Assembly (NCBI GenBank): GCA_965203295.1 | Contig: CBDBCZ010000013.1 | Location: 800,001 to 864,000, forward strand | Direction: 5' to 3' | Source of the DNA: Nitrospirales bacterium | GTDB taxonomy: Bacteria > Nitrospirota > Nitrospiria > Nitrospirales > UBA8639 | Length of the DNA stretch: 64,000 nucleotides | In this document: positions 40,091-51,154 of the stretch, in pieces | Layout: each line of letters starts with the position of its first letter | Position numbering within the stretch: position 1 is the first letter of the stretch | Program-made: the position numbers and the translations under genes | The notes under the pieces: generated by a model | Database searches by the model: none | What the model saw: the letters and a program-made list of their open reading frames with translations, nothing else | Told to the model about the DNA's origin: nothing

Positions 40091-43037
40091 CGAAGACATC
40101 TTACAATGCTGTCACAACCAACTAGCTATTGGCCTTGTTGCTGATATATTCCTCCCAGCAGTCGGCCATTTACGGTACTGCTAGCAACCAAAAAAAATTC
40201 AGGGGGGAGACTGATAGCTATATTACAGGCTTCCGTAGGTTTTGCTGCTGCTGTTTTCTACCATCAGTGGCTTGCAACGTACTTGGCTTCCATTAGCAAT
40301 TGCTTCATATGGTTCTGGGTTTAGGAGCCTGTGTGGAACAGCAGCATCAAACTGTTCTTCATGGTCTTGAAAAAAGCAGCGTAGAAGTTTGTGGCTCTTG
40401 AGCTTTTGTATGCAGCCAGTTTTCCTATCGAGCAGCCAGAACACAGAGAACAGGACAAAGTACAGCAGTGGGAGTGCGTATAGCACATCAGTTAAAATCA
40501 GCAAGAAGGTCGAAGAGTGACCAGTTAACAGTGCAGTGATAAAAATGAACGTAATAAAGATATAGATGGTACCTAAGGTAGTAAAAATGACAGCATCTAC
40601 CACATTATACAGGTGCACTTTGTAAGGCTGAACGAGAGCAAACAATAGTGCAATACTCCAGTAGAGAAGTGCTGATACAGCAACAGTAAAATATGGCACA
40701 GCAGTAGAAAAGAGCAAAAGAGCAATGATTCGAAAAATGAAATAGAGTCCAGCAAAATATCGATAGTCTCGTGTGCCATTTGTGCCATCCTTGTAGCAGC
40801 CTTGGAAAGATTCAACAAATGTGTGAAGGGCTTGTGAGTTCATTTTGCATCGTGTGAGACACTTTTGGAAAAAGGCAGCTTGGTAGAATGTCAGCACAAT
40901 GGGAGGTAGAGCAATGAAAGTCAACAGTACAACAATAGATAGTAGAGCAAGTGGGAGATGTTCTGAGTGAAAGAATTCAATGTTTGCATCATACCGAAAG
41001 ACGAAAGTCTTGAGTATCTTTCCTTGGCCATCGAACAGCCGTGTTGGGAATAAAATCTTCCTGCCACGAATAATAGTTTTTCATACAATATAAGAATGAA
41101 AGTTGCAAAAGCATCGATTATGGAAGTCTTTGGTTCAACACTTCTTCTGAAGCGGAGGAAACACCTTAGAAAAGGCCTCCAACAGTAAACAACAGGCCTG
41201 AAATCGCCAGCATGCAGTTGAATGCAGATGTAGAGAAATACAATGACAACTAATGGGTAAAATGCTAGTATATATTCAAGTGCATATGCTTGTAATGAAC
41301 GAAGATGGCGTGTGAGACAAAATAGAGGAATGATAGCACGGAAGACATGCAAGTTCCACATGTCATATAGGGCAGCAACTACCACTGTGGACATTCTCTT
41401 GGGGTATGTAAAAGTACCTTGTGCTCCCAGCACACTCATGATGAGACTGATACCAAGGAATGATTATGTAGAAATCTGGCTATAGAAGATGAAAGAATTA
41501 ATGGGTCCTGAAACAACACCGATGGCAAAGATTACAATCACTATGAAAATTACAGTGATTGGTAGATATGTGATAGTAATAAATTTTATCCAACCATTGG
41601 AGACACTCGTACAGTTGATGCACTCTATGAGGCTGAAAGGTAGGGACAGGCACATTATTCTTTTTAATTTTCCATTATTCTATTCCCCAATTCTTTTATT
41701 TTGCCCTATTATTCCTTCCCATTATTCTTATTTTTACCCTATTATTCTTTTCCTTCATCACGAGCCATATGTAGCAGACTGAATTTAGGATGTGTTTCTA
41801 CCTTTAAGTACAAGTCCATATAGTACATATAGTGGGTTTCCCTGCTTCACTACACTAGACTAACTTGGCTTTGGAATTATTAATTGAATTCACAGCCACT
41901 TATGTTCCACCACCAGCCCACCACTTTACTGCAGACTAATTACTGAGTCCTCTGACCCAGGAAAGGCCTTATTAACAGTTCATGTGCCACAATACCCTCT
42001 CCCCCACCTGACATACCCACCGACACCGGCAGCATGAGCCCCCTTATTCCCTAGCTACCTGGCTCATCCTGGAATCCCTAGCTGGTCTAGTCCGACTACA
42101 AGAGGTTTTGGCGGGAGGCGGCTGATCGGGGTGTACCAATACACCTCCACGGGAGGTAGCCCCCCGATGTAGCATGCAATTCCCAGGCTTGGGGGCAATG
42201 CGGGGAGCCAGATGCCCTTACAAATATTGTTTCTAGCCTTGTCACTGGCTCCCACGCACCCACCAAACCTACCCCTCACAGCCACCAGTCACATTAGGGA
42301 ACCCTAATGGAGAACATGCAGGACTCCCCATACGGGGAATACCGGCGGACCCCTCTCCTGAGCGAAGGGTGGGAGGGAGGGAAAGTAAACTTCTTGACAT
42401 ACAGTACGTGCAGCTGTGCTCTGAGTGTCACGAGGCAACCTAGCCCGCCTTGCTCAGTGCGCATGCGCCTAGCCCATGCATGCCCCACCCCCAATTTACT
42501 AGGAACTGCACATTCCTGTTAACTTAGTTTAACCTCCGTTTAAACTGCATTTAACAGTTCATGTGCCACAATACCCTCTCCCCCACCTGACATACGCACC
42601 GACACCGGCAGCATGAGCCCCCTTATTCCCTAGCTACCTGGCTCATCCTGGAATCCCTAGCTGGTCTAGTCCGACTACAAGAGGTTTTGGCGGGAGGCGG
42701 CTGATCGGGGTGTACCAATACACCTCCACGGGAGGTAGCCCCCCGATGTAGCATGCAATTCCCAGGCTTGGGGGCAATGCGGGGAGCCAGATGCCCTTAC
42801 AAATATTGTTCCTAGCCTTGTCACTGGCTCCCACGCACCCACCAAAGGAAGGAGCTACCCCTGCTCCTTCCCCCCCAAGCCTAAACCCCCGACCCCCCAG
42901 CCCCCCCTGCCTGCCCGGAGATACACCGACCCCAGAAAATGGTACCCCTGCAGGCTCTGGGCGACCGCTCTACATGAAGGCTTACCAACAATATCCTATC
43001 AACTTGACAAATTAGTCAGAATCAGGCATACACAGAG

Positions 43038-44018
43038 TTAAATTTTTGCCAGTTGCTTAGCCACCGTGGCCAACCTCTCGCGTGGGATTCGAACATAAGT
43101 CTGGTAGGCTGAGCTCCGCCACCGCCCCAAAGTTTTGATCATAGAATCTTCAAGGCCTGCTGCTGCCGCTGCAGTAGCCGCCCCAATGCGGAAACTGTGG
43201 CCCGAATAGCCACTGACATTCATTCCGCTGGCGCTCAAGGCTTTCCGTACATGTTTCACAAAAGTCTCTCGAGACAATGGGGAACCAGATTTCCACCTGA
43301 AGAATGGACCTGTGGATCTTCCGCGTACAGCCAGGTAGGCTGCAATCGCTGCCACTGGGCACCGGCAATTGTCGGTCTTGCCGATAAACACAAACACACC
43401 TTGGCGGAATGGGTCAGTTTTTGAGGCTTTAATATGCACCCGGACTACTGCTGGGTCCTCCAGTTTGTCCAAGGCGACATCGCCCTCACCCAAATGGCCC
43501 TCTGGGTCAAACTCAGCCATAGACGCCACAGTGATCTCCCCCGAGCGTAGAAAGCCGTAAAAGCACATGCAACTGGCAGCCCATAACATGATGGAGTCGT
43601 AACTTTTGTCTTCCTTACTCCAAAAGTCTCTCAGTTTGTCCATAATGTCCATCGTCACTGGGAGCCGTTTCTGAGGCCTGGTCTCCCGGGATTTAGCTTG
43701 ACGGAGCTTCACCCCCCGCAAGGCATACTCCAGCACAGGCCACGAGGAAGTGAAGGGATCCCCCAATCCCTGACTGATCTGTAGGTAACGAATAGCTGAC
43801 AGGTACCCCTTAATAGTGCCGTGTAGAAGGCCCTCCTCATACAAGTGGGCGACAAATGTACAGAGTTGGTCCTCTGAGAGTGGGAATGGAGGTAAGTTTT
43901 TAGACTTGCAAAAATCCAAGTACCGACGCTGGCCACTGGTATACACCCTCTTGGTTGAGGGTGCTAAGGAGCTGTCAACCAACTCTCGAGCCAATCCCTC
44001 CAATCGTTGGAGGTCCAT
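43038..44018 (-). CDS. Tyrosine recombinase of the retroelement, 326 aa
   Basis: SLAPSTKRVY N-terminal domain; catalytic FLRSGE (R), KASKTD (K), GHSFRIG (HxxR), LGRW, AYQTY (Y). Overlaps the RT/RH 3' end by 55 nt. Confidence 0.95.
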   Translation of the reverse strand: MDLQRLEGLARELVDSSLAPSTKRVYTSGQRRYLDFCKSKNLPPFPLSEDQLCTFVAHLYEEGLLHGTIKGYLSAIRYLQISQGLGDPFTSSWPVLEYALRGVKLRQAKSRETRPQKRLPVTMDIMDKLRDFWSKEDKSYDSIMLWAASCMCFYGFLRSGEITVASMAEFDPEGHLGEGDVALDKLEDPAVVRVHIKASKTDPFRQGVFVFIGKTDNCRCPVAAIAAYLAVRGRSTGPFFRWKSGSPLSRETFVKHVRKALSASGMNVSGYSGHSFRIGAATAAAAAGLEDSMIKTLGRWRSSAYQTYVRIPRERLATVAKQLAKI

Positions 44019-45724
44019 GGCTTGTCTTCTTTGGGAAGCACCAGCTGACTGACTAGGCCTGGAGGAACTGCCATCGGCTGATGTTGTGCCTGAGGATTGA
44101 GAGAAAAGAATTCGTCCAAGTTGTTACGGGATATGCCATCTGCTGCCCTGTTCTCTACCCCCGGAATGTGAGCGGCTGACAAAGTCAAGTCAAAGTACGC
44201 TTCGATGAAAAACAGACAGCGTAGCATATGGGCCATTGGTGGGTCTTTACAATAGCCCCCTCTCACTACTGAGACTACCGCCTGGTTATCACAATGACAC
44301 AGTACTACCGAGCTTCTCCATTCGGGACCCCAGATAGCTGCCGCTATCACCAGTGGTAATAGCTCCTTTGAGGAAATCGTAGCATCCTGAAAACCTGGCC
44401 ACTCCCTCCACTCCACCTGGAACCACTTATCCATCCAGAGAGCCCCACACCCCCAGGCTCCTGATGCGTCCGACCAGAGCTCAATTGATGGATGTTGCAG
44501 AGCTACTTCTCTCAACAACGACACCCCATTCCACCTGCTAGCAAACTCGTGCCACCACTCCATGTCTGCCCGGAATTCTCTATTTAAGCGGATAGGGTGG
44601 TCTTTTCTCCCAAACTGGGACAGTAGCCCGAAGATCCCCCTTAAAAATCGCCTTCCCGGGCGGATTACCTTGCAAGCATGATTAAGATGACCAGCTAGCA
44701 CTTGCAGATCCCGTTTCTTACACATTTTTCTGCATCTCCACTGCTTCACTATCTCCTGTAGTTTCTCCAGTTTCTGTCTCGGCAAACGTAGTTCCATGTT
44801 TGTCGAATCGATCTCAATGCCGAGTAGGTTTATCTGAGTAGCTGGGCCCTCTGTCTTCTGGGGGGCAACGCAGAAACCTACTTCCTCACACACTTGCAAG
44901 GAAGTGTCGAGGCTAATCTGACATGTTGGAGACTGAGGGGGGCATACCAGCGAAAAATCATCCAGGTAGTGATCGAGCCCTTGTACTCCCTTGTTTCTGA
45001 TGATAAAGGCCAAGCCGTCTGCGAGTGCACTGAATAGGACTGGTGCTGAGCGCAAGCCAAATGGCAGCGTTGTGTCAACATACAGCTCTTCCCCTAGCAC
45101 CATCCCTAACAGCCAGCGGTCGTCCGGGTGCACCGGTACTTGTCTATACGCGGATTTTAGGTCGAACTTGGCCATTAGGGCCCCTCTGCCATTCTTCTGA
45201 ACTCTCGCAGCAATATCATCTACTGTGGTGTATGACAGGGAGCACAGCTCCTTCGCTATGCCATCGTTAACACTATCTCCCCTTGGAGATGACAGATCCA
45301 GGATGAGGCGCCATTTCCCTGGCTCGGACTTTGGGATCACCCCAAAGGGGCTCACTTGAACGTGAGGGAACGCCCCAGGCTTGAAGGGGCCTAATACTCT
45401 TCCCGCTTCCCTTTCCTCCCCTAGATACCGCTCAACCACCTCTCGGTGCTGGCTAACCGACTGCATGTTACCTTTCGCCGGTTTGCAAGAGGATGTACTA
45501 TAGTTAAACCCGATTCTAAAGCCATTCCGTATTCCTGTGCATATGAACCTGGCGAAGTCCCGGTCTGGGTGCGACTCCAAGGCCTTCTCCCAGACATCTG
45601 GCTTCAATGGGGAGATGATTTGACTCCAGTCCCCTTTGTGGTGCTGTGCTGTCATCGGTCTACAGGAGTCCAAGGCCCGAAGAGCTTCCGTCATTGACTG
45701 AGATGCTGGGTCCTGACTGGACAT
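43964..45724 (-). CDS. Reverse transcriptase / RNase H of the retroelement, 586 aa
   Basis: GVIPKSEPGKWRLILDLS, KFDLKSAYRQV, LPFGLRSAP, YLDDF; RNase H WSDASG, SSKELL, CDNQAVV, NRAADGISR. Confidence 0.96.
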   Translation of the reverse strand: MSSQDPASQSMTEALRALDSCRPMTAQHHKGDWSQIISPLKPDVWEKALESHPDRDFARFICTGIRNGFRIGFNYSTSSCKPAKGNMQSVSQHREVVERYLGEEREAGRVLGPFKPGAFPHVQVSPFGVIPKSEPGKWRLILDLSSPRGDSVNDGIAKELCSLSYTTVDDIAARVQKNGRGALMAKFDLKSAYRQVPVHPDDRWLLGMVLGEELYVDTTLPFGLRSAPVLFSALADGLAFIIRNKGVQGLDHYLDDFSLVCPPQSPTCQISLDTSLQVCEEVGFCVAPQKTEGPATQINLLGIEIDSTNMELRLPRQKLEKLQEIVKQWRCRKMCKKRDLQVLAGHLNHACKVIRPGRRFLRGIFGLLSQFGRKDHPIRLNREFRADMEWWHEFASRWNGVSLLREVALQHPSIELWSDASGAWGCGALWMDKWFQVEWREWPGFQDATISSKELLPLVIAAAIWGPEWRSSVVLCHCDNQAVVSVVRGGYCKDPPMAHMLRCLFFIEAYFDLTLSAAHIPGVENRAADGISRNNLDEFFSLNPQAQHQPMAVPPGLVSQLVLPKEDKPWTSNDWRDWLESWLTAP

Positions 45725-46181
45725 CCGTGCAGTCCCTAAAGCAATAAGTATAAGACTGACAAGAATGCCGAAGCTAAGACATTCAGGTCAATGACCGAAG
45801 TTGGCAAAGACTGCACTGGTGTCCCTGGAATACCAAAGTCACACTTGCCAATCGGCCAGTGGAGAGGACAAGCACAGTCTCAGCCAACCTGTGGGTCTTA
45901 GCTATATGTCCTGAGAGCTACGCTAGAGCCTCAAGCTATGACTATGTGATCGATTCTGGGGGTGGCTCCCCTTACTGACTTACGCATCCCTTCTGCTCAT
46001 GTTGCCCCCCCCTCCCCATCCTGGGCAGCTCCCAGTTGACTACTTCTCACCACCCGGCACATGCAGCACTGTCAATAAGTCGATAACAATACAACACCAC
46101 AGCGGTTCCAGGTTACTACTATCTAACGCTATTGCAACACCGATTGCAATGTTCCGGTTCTATGAGATGCCAGCCACCACC

Positions 46182-48281
46182 CTATTTCCTTTCGGGGCCA
46201 GGGCAAAACCGCTTTGGGTGGCTGTACCCGCAATCCAGGCACTTGTGCGGGAATTTGCAGTGTTGGCGGGTGCACCCCGACTCATTGTAATCCCAGCACA
46301 CCCATTTCGGGCGGCCACTAGCTGATTGCTTGCCCCCGAATTCCACCTTCCTGGTCTTCTGAGGTAGCTGCTGCACATTTCTCTGCTTTGGGCGGGAGCT
46401 ACAATGCTCTTGATAGAGGTGGACGTCCGTTTTGGTCCAATCCCTCACCCCCGTCGATGCCATTTTATCTCTGAAGGCATGGTCGTACTCCCTCCAGCCC
46501 GGGAATTCCGCCTCGTTGTGAGCCTTTAGTACGGTTAGCATGTGGCTCATGAATCCCGGGGTACACTCTGGGAAGTGTTGGGCTATAGCTGCTGTATAGC
46601 GGCCAAAACACTGCACCCAGGTAATGATATTGTCAATTGGCTTTCTGCGCGGCTGGGCAAGTTCGAAACCCGGGAGGGCTACCAGGGTCTGCGTTTCCCC
46701 CTCCTGGATTGTCTGGGGTGAGGATCTCAGACGAAAGTCCTGCATATCCATAAACTCCCATTTTACCATTCTCTCATGGATCCTCTTGGGGAGGGAGCCT
46801 AAACCGTCTCCTAGCCATACCCGCGGCGCCTTGGAGGAAGAAGCGAGGCTACTCTGGGAGGAGAGTAGGGAGATCAGGGTTGACGCCTGTTGGGCTATTG
46901 TCACCGAGTCCTTCTCTAGCTCGACCTTCCCTTCCGGACTTGTGCTGTTTACTGTTCCCTTGCCCCCGCCTACTCCCTTGGCCTTTTCGGTGTTCCCAAA
47001 CGTTGGCACGCCTTCCAAGGCATTCCTGTCTGGTACTATCCCCATCGCCACTGTAGGGGAGACACCAGTGACTCAATAACCCCATCTCGCTAGCACTCCT
47101 CCGAAGGGAGGGGGGTCCCTTTGTTGTGCCCGCTGGCTTGACCCTTTTGTGATACTCTCCACAACTTGTTGTGTCTCCCCACCCTAGGATGGGCCCGTAT
47201 CTCCACCTGGGCTCCCACTATTGCCACGACATGCCTGCATGCCTCCCTCTACCCCGCATAACCTGCAGGAGTAACCTTGCTTCCCCTGACCCCCCCTGCA
47301 TCAGCATTACCTGCTGAGCGAACCTCGGTTAGTCTGGCATTACCTGCCACTTTGACATTATCTACCTCTGCTTGCTCAGCGTATGCAGATTCAGCATTCC
47401 CTGCTGGACCACTCCCAGCCTCACTTGCCGGGTCAACCTTGGTATTACCTGCTGGACCGGCCCCTGTGACCGCCACGTTACCTGCTAAACCAACCCCAAT
47501 GGGGACTAGCACTGCGGATTCAGCATCGCCTCCTGGCCCCTCTCCGGACTCAGCATTACCTGCTGGGTCGACCCCCATGGACGCAGCACAACCTGCCTCA
47601 GCATTACCTGCTGGACCCACCCCTGAGGGTTCCGCATTACCTGCTGGACCCACCCCCGAGGGTTCAGCATTACCTGCTGGACCCCCCCCCCTGCGGCTTC
47701 AGCATTACCTGCTGGACCCACCCCTGAGGATTCAGCGTTACCTGCTGGACCCGCCTTTGGACTCGGCCTTGTCTGCTGGATCACCCCTGAAGATGCGGCA
47801 TTACCTGCCTGACCCGCCCGTGGGCTCAGCTGGCCAGCCCCCGTGGCTACTCCACAATACCTGTCACCTATGAACTCGACATTACCTGCTGGGCCAGCCC
47901 TATATGGAGTGGCCGCGCGCGATGCCCCAGCCCTTTCCTCACACTAACGCTAATCGCCTTCCGCCTGGAGGAACCAGCAGCACGTGACTGGTGGAGCCAC
48001 GGTGCACGTGCCTAGGCGCCTTATTTAGACGATTGCGTCATCACATCCACTCTATACCCGAGTACTCTGCTGAGCCATCCCTTGTGGGCTCAGCGTTACC
48101 TACCTGGGCCAACCCCTGTACACTCCCCACTACCGCACCTACACTGACCTTCCTTCACGAGTTCACTCGAGGGCCTCGGTTGCTGGTTCGCCAGCTGCTC
48201 GTGCACTTTCTGCAGGACTCGCTCTAGCAGGCGGGCTTCCAGCCTCTCCTCCATCTCCGCTACTTGCTCGTCGCCGCTCAT
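46182..48281 (-). CDS. Gag-like ORF1 with C-terminal Cys/His finger, predicted spliced (exons 48281-48149 and 47050-46182, 333 aa)
   Basis: Exon 2 has ITWVQCFGRY, WREYDHAFR and CWDYNESGCTRQHCKFPHKCLDCGYSHPKRFC. Exon 1 MSGDEQVAEMEERLEARLLERV joins in frame via GAAG|GTCAGT ... cccctacag|TG. Exon 2 is secure; splicing is inferred. Confidence 0.72.
47255..47895 (-). repeat. Dispersed tandem array of ccagCAGGTAATGCtga motifs inside the retroelement
   Basis: About a dozen copies of plus-strand (gc)attacctgc(tgg), for example near 47323, 47338, 47442, 47553, 47601, 47634, 47667, 47702, 47798, 47880. Confidence 0.9.
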
Positions 48282-49542
48282 TTCCACCAAAACTTGTCAA
48301 AAGTAGAGCGCTTGAGCAACAGTGCGATCAAAGCTTGGCAAAAGTAAACTTCTTGACATACAGTACGTGCAGCTGTGCTCTGAGTGTCACGAGGCAACCT
48401 AGCCCGCCTTGCTCAGTGCGCATGCGCCTAGCCCATGCATGCCCCACCCCCAATTTACTAGGAACTGCACATTCCTGTTAACTTAGTTTAACCTCCGTTT
48501 AAACTGCATCAGACAGGTTTTATCAAAACAATCACCTATTATTCTCGCTTTTATGCATGCACCTATTATTCCTAAAGAAATTCTGGAATAATGTGCGTGT
48601 CCCTACTGAAAGGTGGAACTGCAAAGCCATCCCGGCACTCTCCACAGAGCAAACCTTCTCTATTAAATGGACCACACACTCGATCATTGAGACTTGATGA
48701 TTCAGTAGAAAGTGGATAGTACAATTTATATGAGCCGTCTCTATAGGCTTGTTCACAATACCCAGCTCTCAGCTCTCCAGTTTTATTGTCATACGTCATG
48801 TAGTACACGATCAGTATTGAGGCGTTCAGTGAGTCTTCATCGCAAGTGATTATTTTACCAGGCCAGTCTGCACAAACACAGCTGTTTCCTTATCACTTGT
48901 GAGACAAGGAGGACAATAAAGGGTGGCTGTGACTGACAACACAGCAATAGCTACTGTTACAATAACTATGAGTATTCTCTTACTATACACTGTAGCCATG
49001 TACCGATAGTATAGCTATCAGCTACAGTGCACACAACTGCAAAATACTGTATAAGATTACAGCCAGTGCAAGAATTCAGAATTGTACTATAATTGTAGGT
49101 AATGATTAATTTAGCATAGCTAGCTATACTTTTACTGATATAAGTAACACTTGCATCGTGTAACTGTATGATTGACCCCAATCAATAATTTCTTTTATGA
49201 AACATCTGCTTGACATAGTGTATTTTTGTTCTAAATGTAGTCATTGCTTCTATGCTATCTATTCAAAAATCTTAGCACTAAATATTTTTATAGATTATGT
49301 ATTGGGAAAGGTGCCCACATGCAAGAAATCATGGGATAGAATGAAAGATTATTGTGTTTCTGCAGGCTTAGCTTAGCTTAGCTGTCCCAGCTGGGACGAG
49401 GCTAATCATTATCTAAAGCTAAAGCTCTGAGTTACGGTGCCACAATTAACCTTTGACCTTCACTTAATTGCTCGCGGCCCGCCCACTTTTGCCTGTGTAT
49501 AAACCGAAGTCCGTGAGTCCACAGTAGCTATCTCGATTATCT

Positions 49543-50427
49543 ATGCATCTTAGCAAAGAGGAGGCTGTTTACTTTGTTACTGAAGTCCTTCGGATCAGTT
49601 CCCCACTGAGAAAGCTAGGAGAAGATCGCATGCTGTTCCTGAATGAACTCATCAAAGCCTTCCACTGTGCAGTCCCCTTCCAGAACATCACCCTTCTCTG
49701 TCAGTCAGAGGCAGACAGACATGTTCCTACTTGGGAGGAAAGTAAGGCAGCTGTAATGAGTGGCCGTGGAGGGCTCTGCTACACAGTAGGTGTCTTTATG
49801 ATGTGCCTACTGGAGGCCTTAGGGTACGAGACATATTTGCCTGCCAGTGGCATTTTCTTTCCCAACAACCATATTACTACCATTGTGCAACACCTGACCT
49901 ACCCTGGAAGTAAACACCTCGTAGATACGCTAAGTGGTTATCCAACTTTTGAGGCAATTCCTCTTGATTTTGAGAAGGAATCCTCCATTTACAATCACTC
50001 CTTCTTAGAGTACAAGTTTGTCAGAGAGGGTAACACCATTCTTCGATTCCATCGGAAAGGTGAAAACCGCCCCACCATTCCTGGTCGTGAGTATGTCTTA
50101 GATGGGTGGAGAAGAGTTTGCGAGATAGACTTGGTGCCTAGAGAACTTTCCTACTTTGACCAGCCAATGACTGACGTGTACACAAAACCTGGAGTGAATT
50201 CTCCTTTCCTTGTGAGCTTCCGTGCAGTTGTGTACAGAGAACTGAGGCTGGTAGCCATCAAGGACACCACCCTGATGCTTGAAAATGAAAACCATGAAGT
50301 GGAGGTTACAAAACTGTCGAGCCATGATGAAATGATTAGGACCACATTGAAATACTTCCCACAGTTCACTGTTGAAGAAGCGACAAAGGCTATGCATAGT
50401 CTACACTTGCTTGAACCTCACTCCTGA
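49543..50427 (+). CDS. NAT: Arylamine N-acetyltransferase, copy 2 (intronless, 294 aa)
   Basis: Same triad motifs; 26 amino-acid differences from copy 1 by manual count (about 91% identity). Confidence 0.9.
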   Translation: MHLSKEEAVYFVTEVLRISSPLRKLGEDRMLFLNELIKAFHCAVPFQNITLLCQSEADRHVPTWEESKAAVMSGRGGLCYTVGVFMMCLLEALGYETYLPASGIFFPNNHITTIVQHLTYPGSKHLVDTLSGYPTFEAIPLDFEKESSIYNHSFLEYKFVREGNTILRFHRKGENRPTIPGREYVLDGWRRVCEIDLVPRELSYFDQPMTDVYTKPGVNSPFLVSFRAVVYRELRLVAIKDTTLMLENENHEVEVTKLSSHDEMIRTTLKYFPQFTVEEATKAMHSLHLLEPHS

Positions 50428-51154
50428 ATGTGCCGTTTAGTACACTTGACGAGTATACGGACTCCATACTTGTATTAGCACGCTGAAATTGTATTCTTAG
50501 TGCATCATTGGTGTTTGGACTGTTGTAAAGGGAAGTGCTAATTATTGCAAAGTGAGCTTTAACCATACCATATCTTTATTCCCACAATGAGGGTGGAATT
50601 ATGTTGGGTTACCTCAGTTGCGTTTGCAGTCTATGCCATGATCTATATAGCACCCACTGCCACTTAGAGTGTTAAAGTTAAAGATACATATAGCTATACA
50701 ATAATATTATCCTCGATTGTGCAATGAATATTTCAGAAGTGCAATCCAATGATAATGACATGAATAGTGTTGAGTCCCACTCCTTTTGTTTCTATAGCAC
50801 ATGCATAGTAATTTGTCATGAATATTTCACACTGGTCTCTGCCCAGACACCAATGCCAACAACAAATGAATTTTTTGACTGACTGCCACGGATTTTTAGC
50901 TGCAGTATTACAGAGGAAGCTGCTTGTAGAACTAATATACAACTGAAGCTACTCATTTTTTTGATTTTATGTTAGCTACATTATTACTAGTACTGATAGT
51001 GCTATATAGTCACTATAGGTTAAGCATGGTAATAGGAACGTTCTCACTGACACATAACAAATCAAAGCTCCAGAAATTTAATGAAACCATATCACATTGA
51101 AAAGCCTTTAGTGTGCGGTGCCACACCTATCACAAATTAACTAATATGTGTATA

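Larger units (their letters stand above)
41972..48509 (-). mobile_element. Full-length tyrosine-recombinase retrotransposon (DIRS order, Ngaro/PAT-type split direct repeats A1-ORFs-B1-A2-B2), 6538 bp
   Basis: A repeats of 169 bp at 48341-48509 and 42382-42550; B repeats of 296 bp at 42551-42846 and 41972-42267; gag-like, RT/RNase H and YR ORFs between; no TSD; no methyltransferase domain seen. Confidence 0.95.
41641..48605. mobile_element. hAT-like MITE (about 430 bp without the nested retroelement), 8-bp TSD CTGAAAGG
   Basis: ctgaaagg|TAGGGACAGGCACATTATTC ... GAATAATGTGCGTGTCCCTA|ctgaaagg (TIR 19/20); cctattattc subrepeats. Confidence 0.92.
40223..48960 (-). pseudogene. Disrupted Cys-rich multi-TM receptor gene, same family as 31882-36429 but without PMP repeats
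   Basis: LNDRVCGPFNREGLLCGECRDGFAVPPFS (48808-48606) rejoins LIECINCTSVSNGWIKF after removing 41641-48605 and one TSD copy. Further frame breaks near 41464, 41040 and 40924; C-terminal ESFQGCYKDGTNGTRDYRYFAGLYF. 5' end approximate. Confidence 0.85.

Noticed and set aside
42110..42180. Three-stem junction in the B repeat as a hammerhead ribozyme
   Set aside because: The CUGAnGA and GAAA core is not present in the right positions on either strand (ctgatcg only).
43038..44018. Phage integrase or bacterial contamination
   Set aside because: The recombinase overlaps an RT/RNase H ORF within split direct repeats, which is a DIRS-order retroelement, and it sits among spliced genes.
47277..47873. 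198-aa plus-strand ORF with SALPAGP repeats
   Set aside because: Antisense reading of the GC-rich repeat array; non-ATG start and no independent support.
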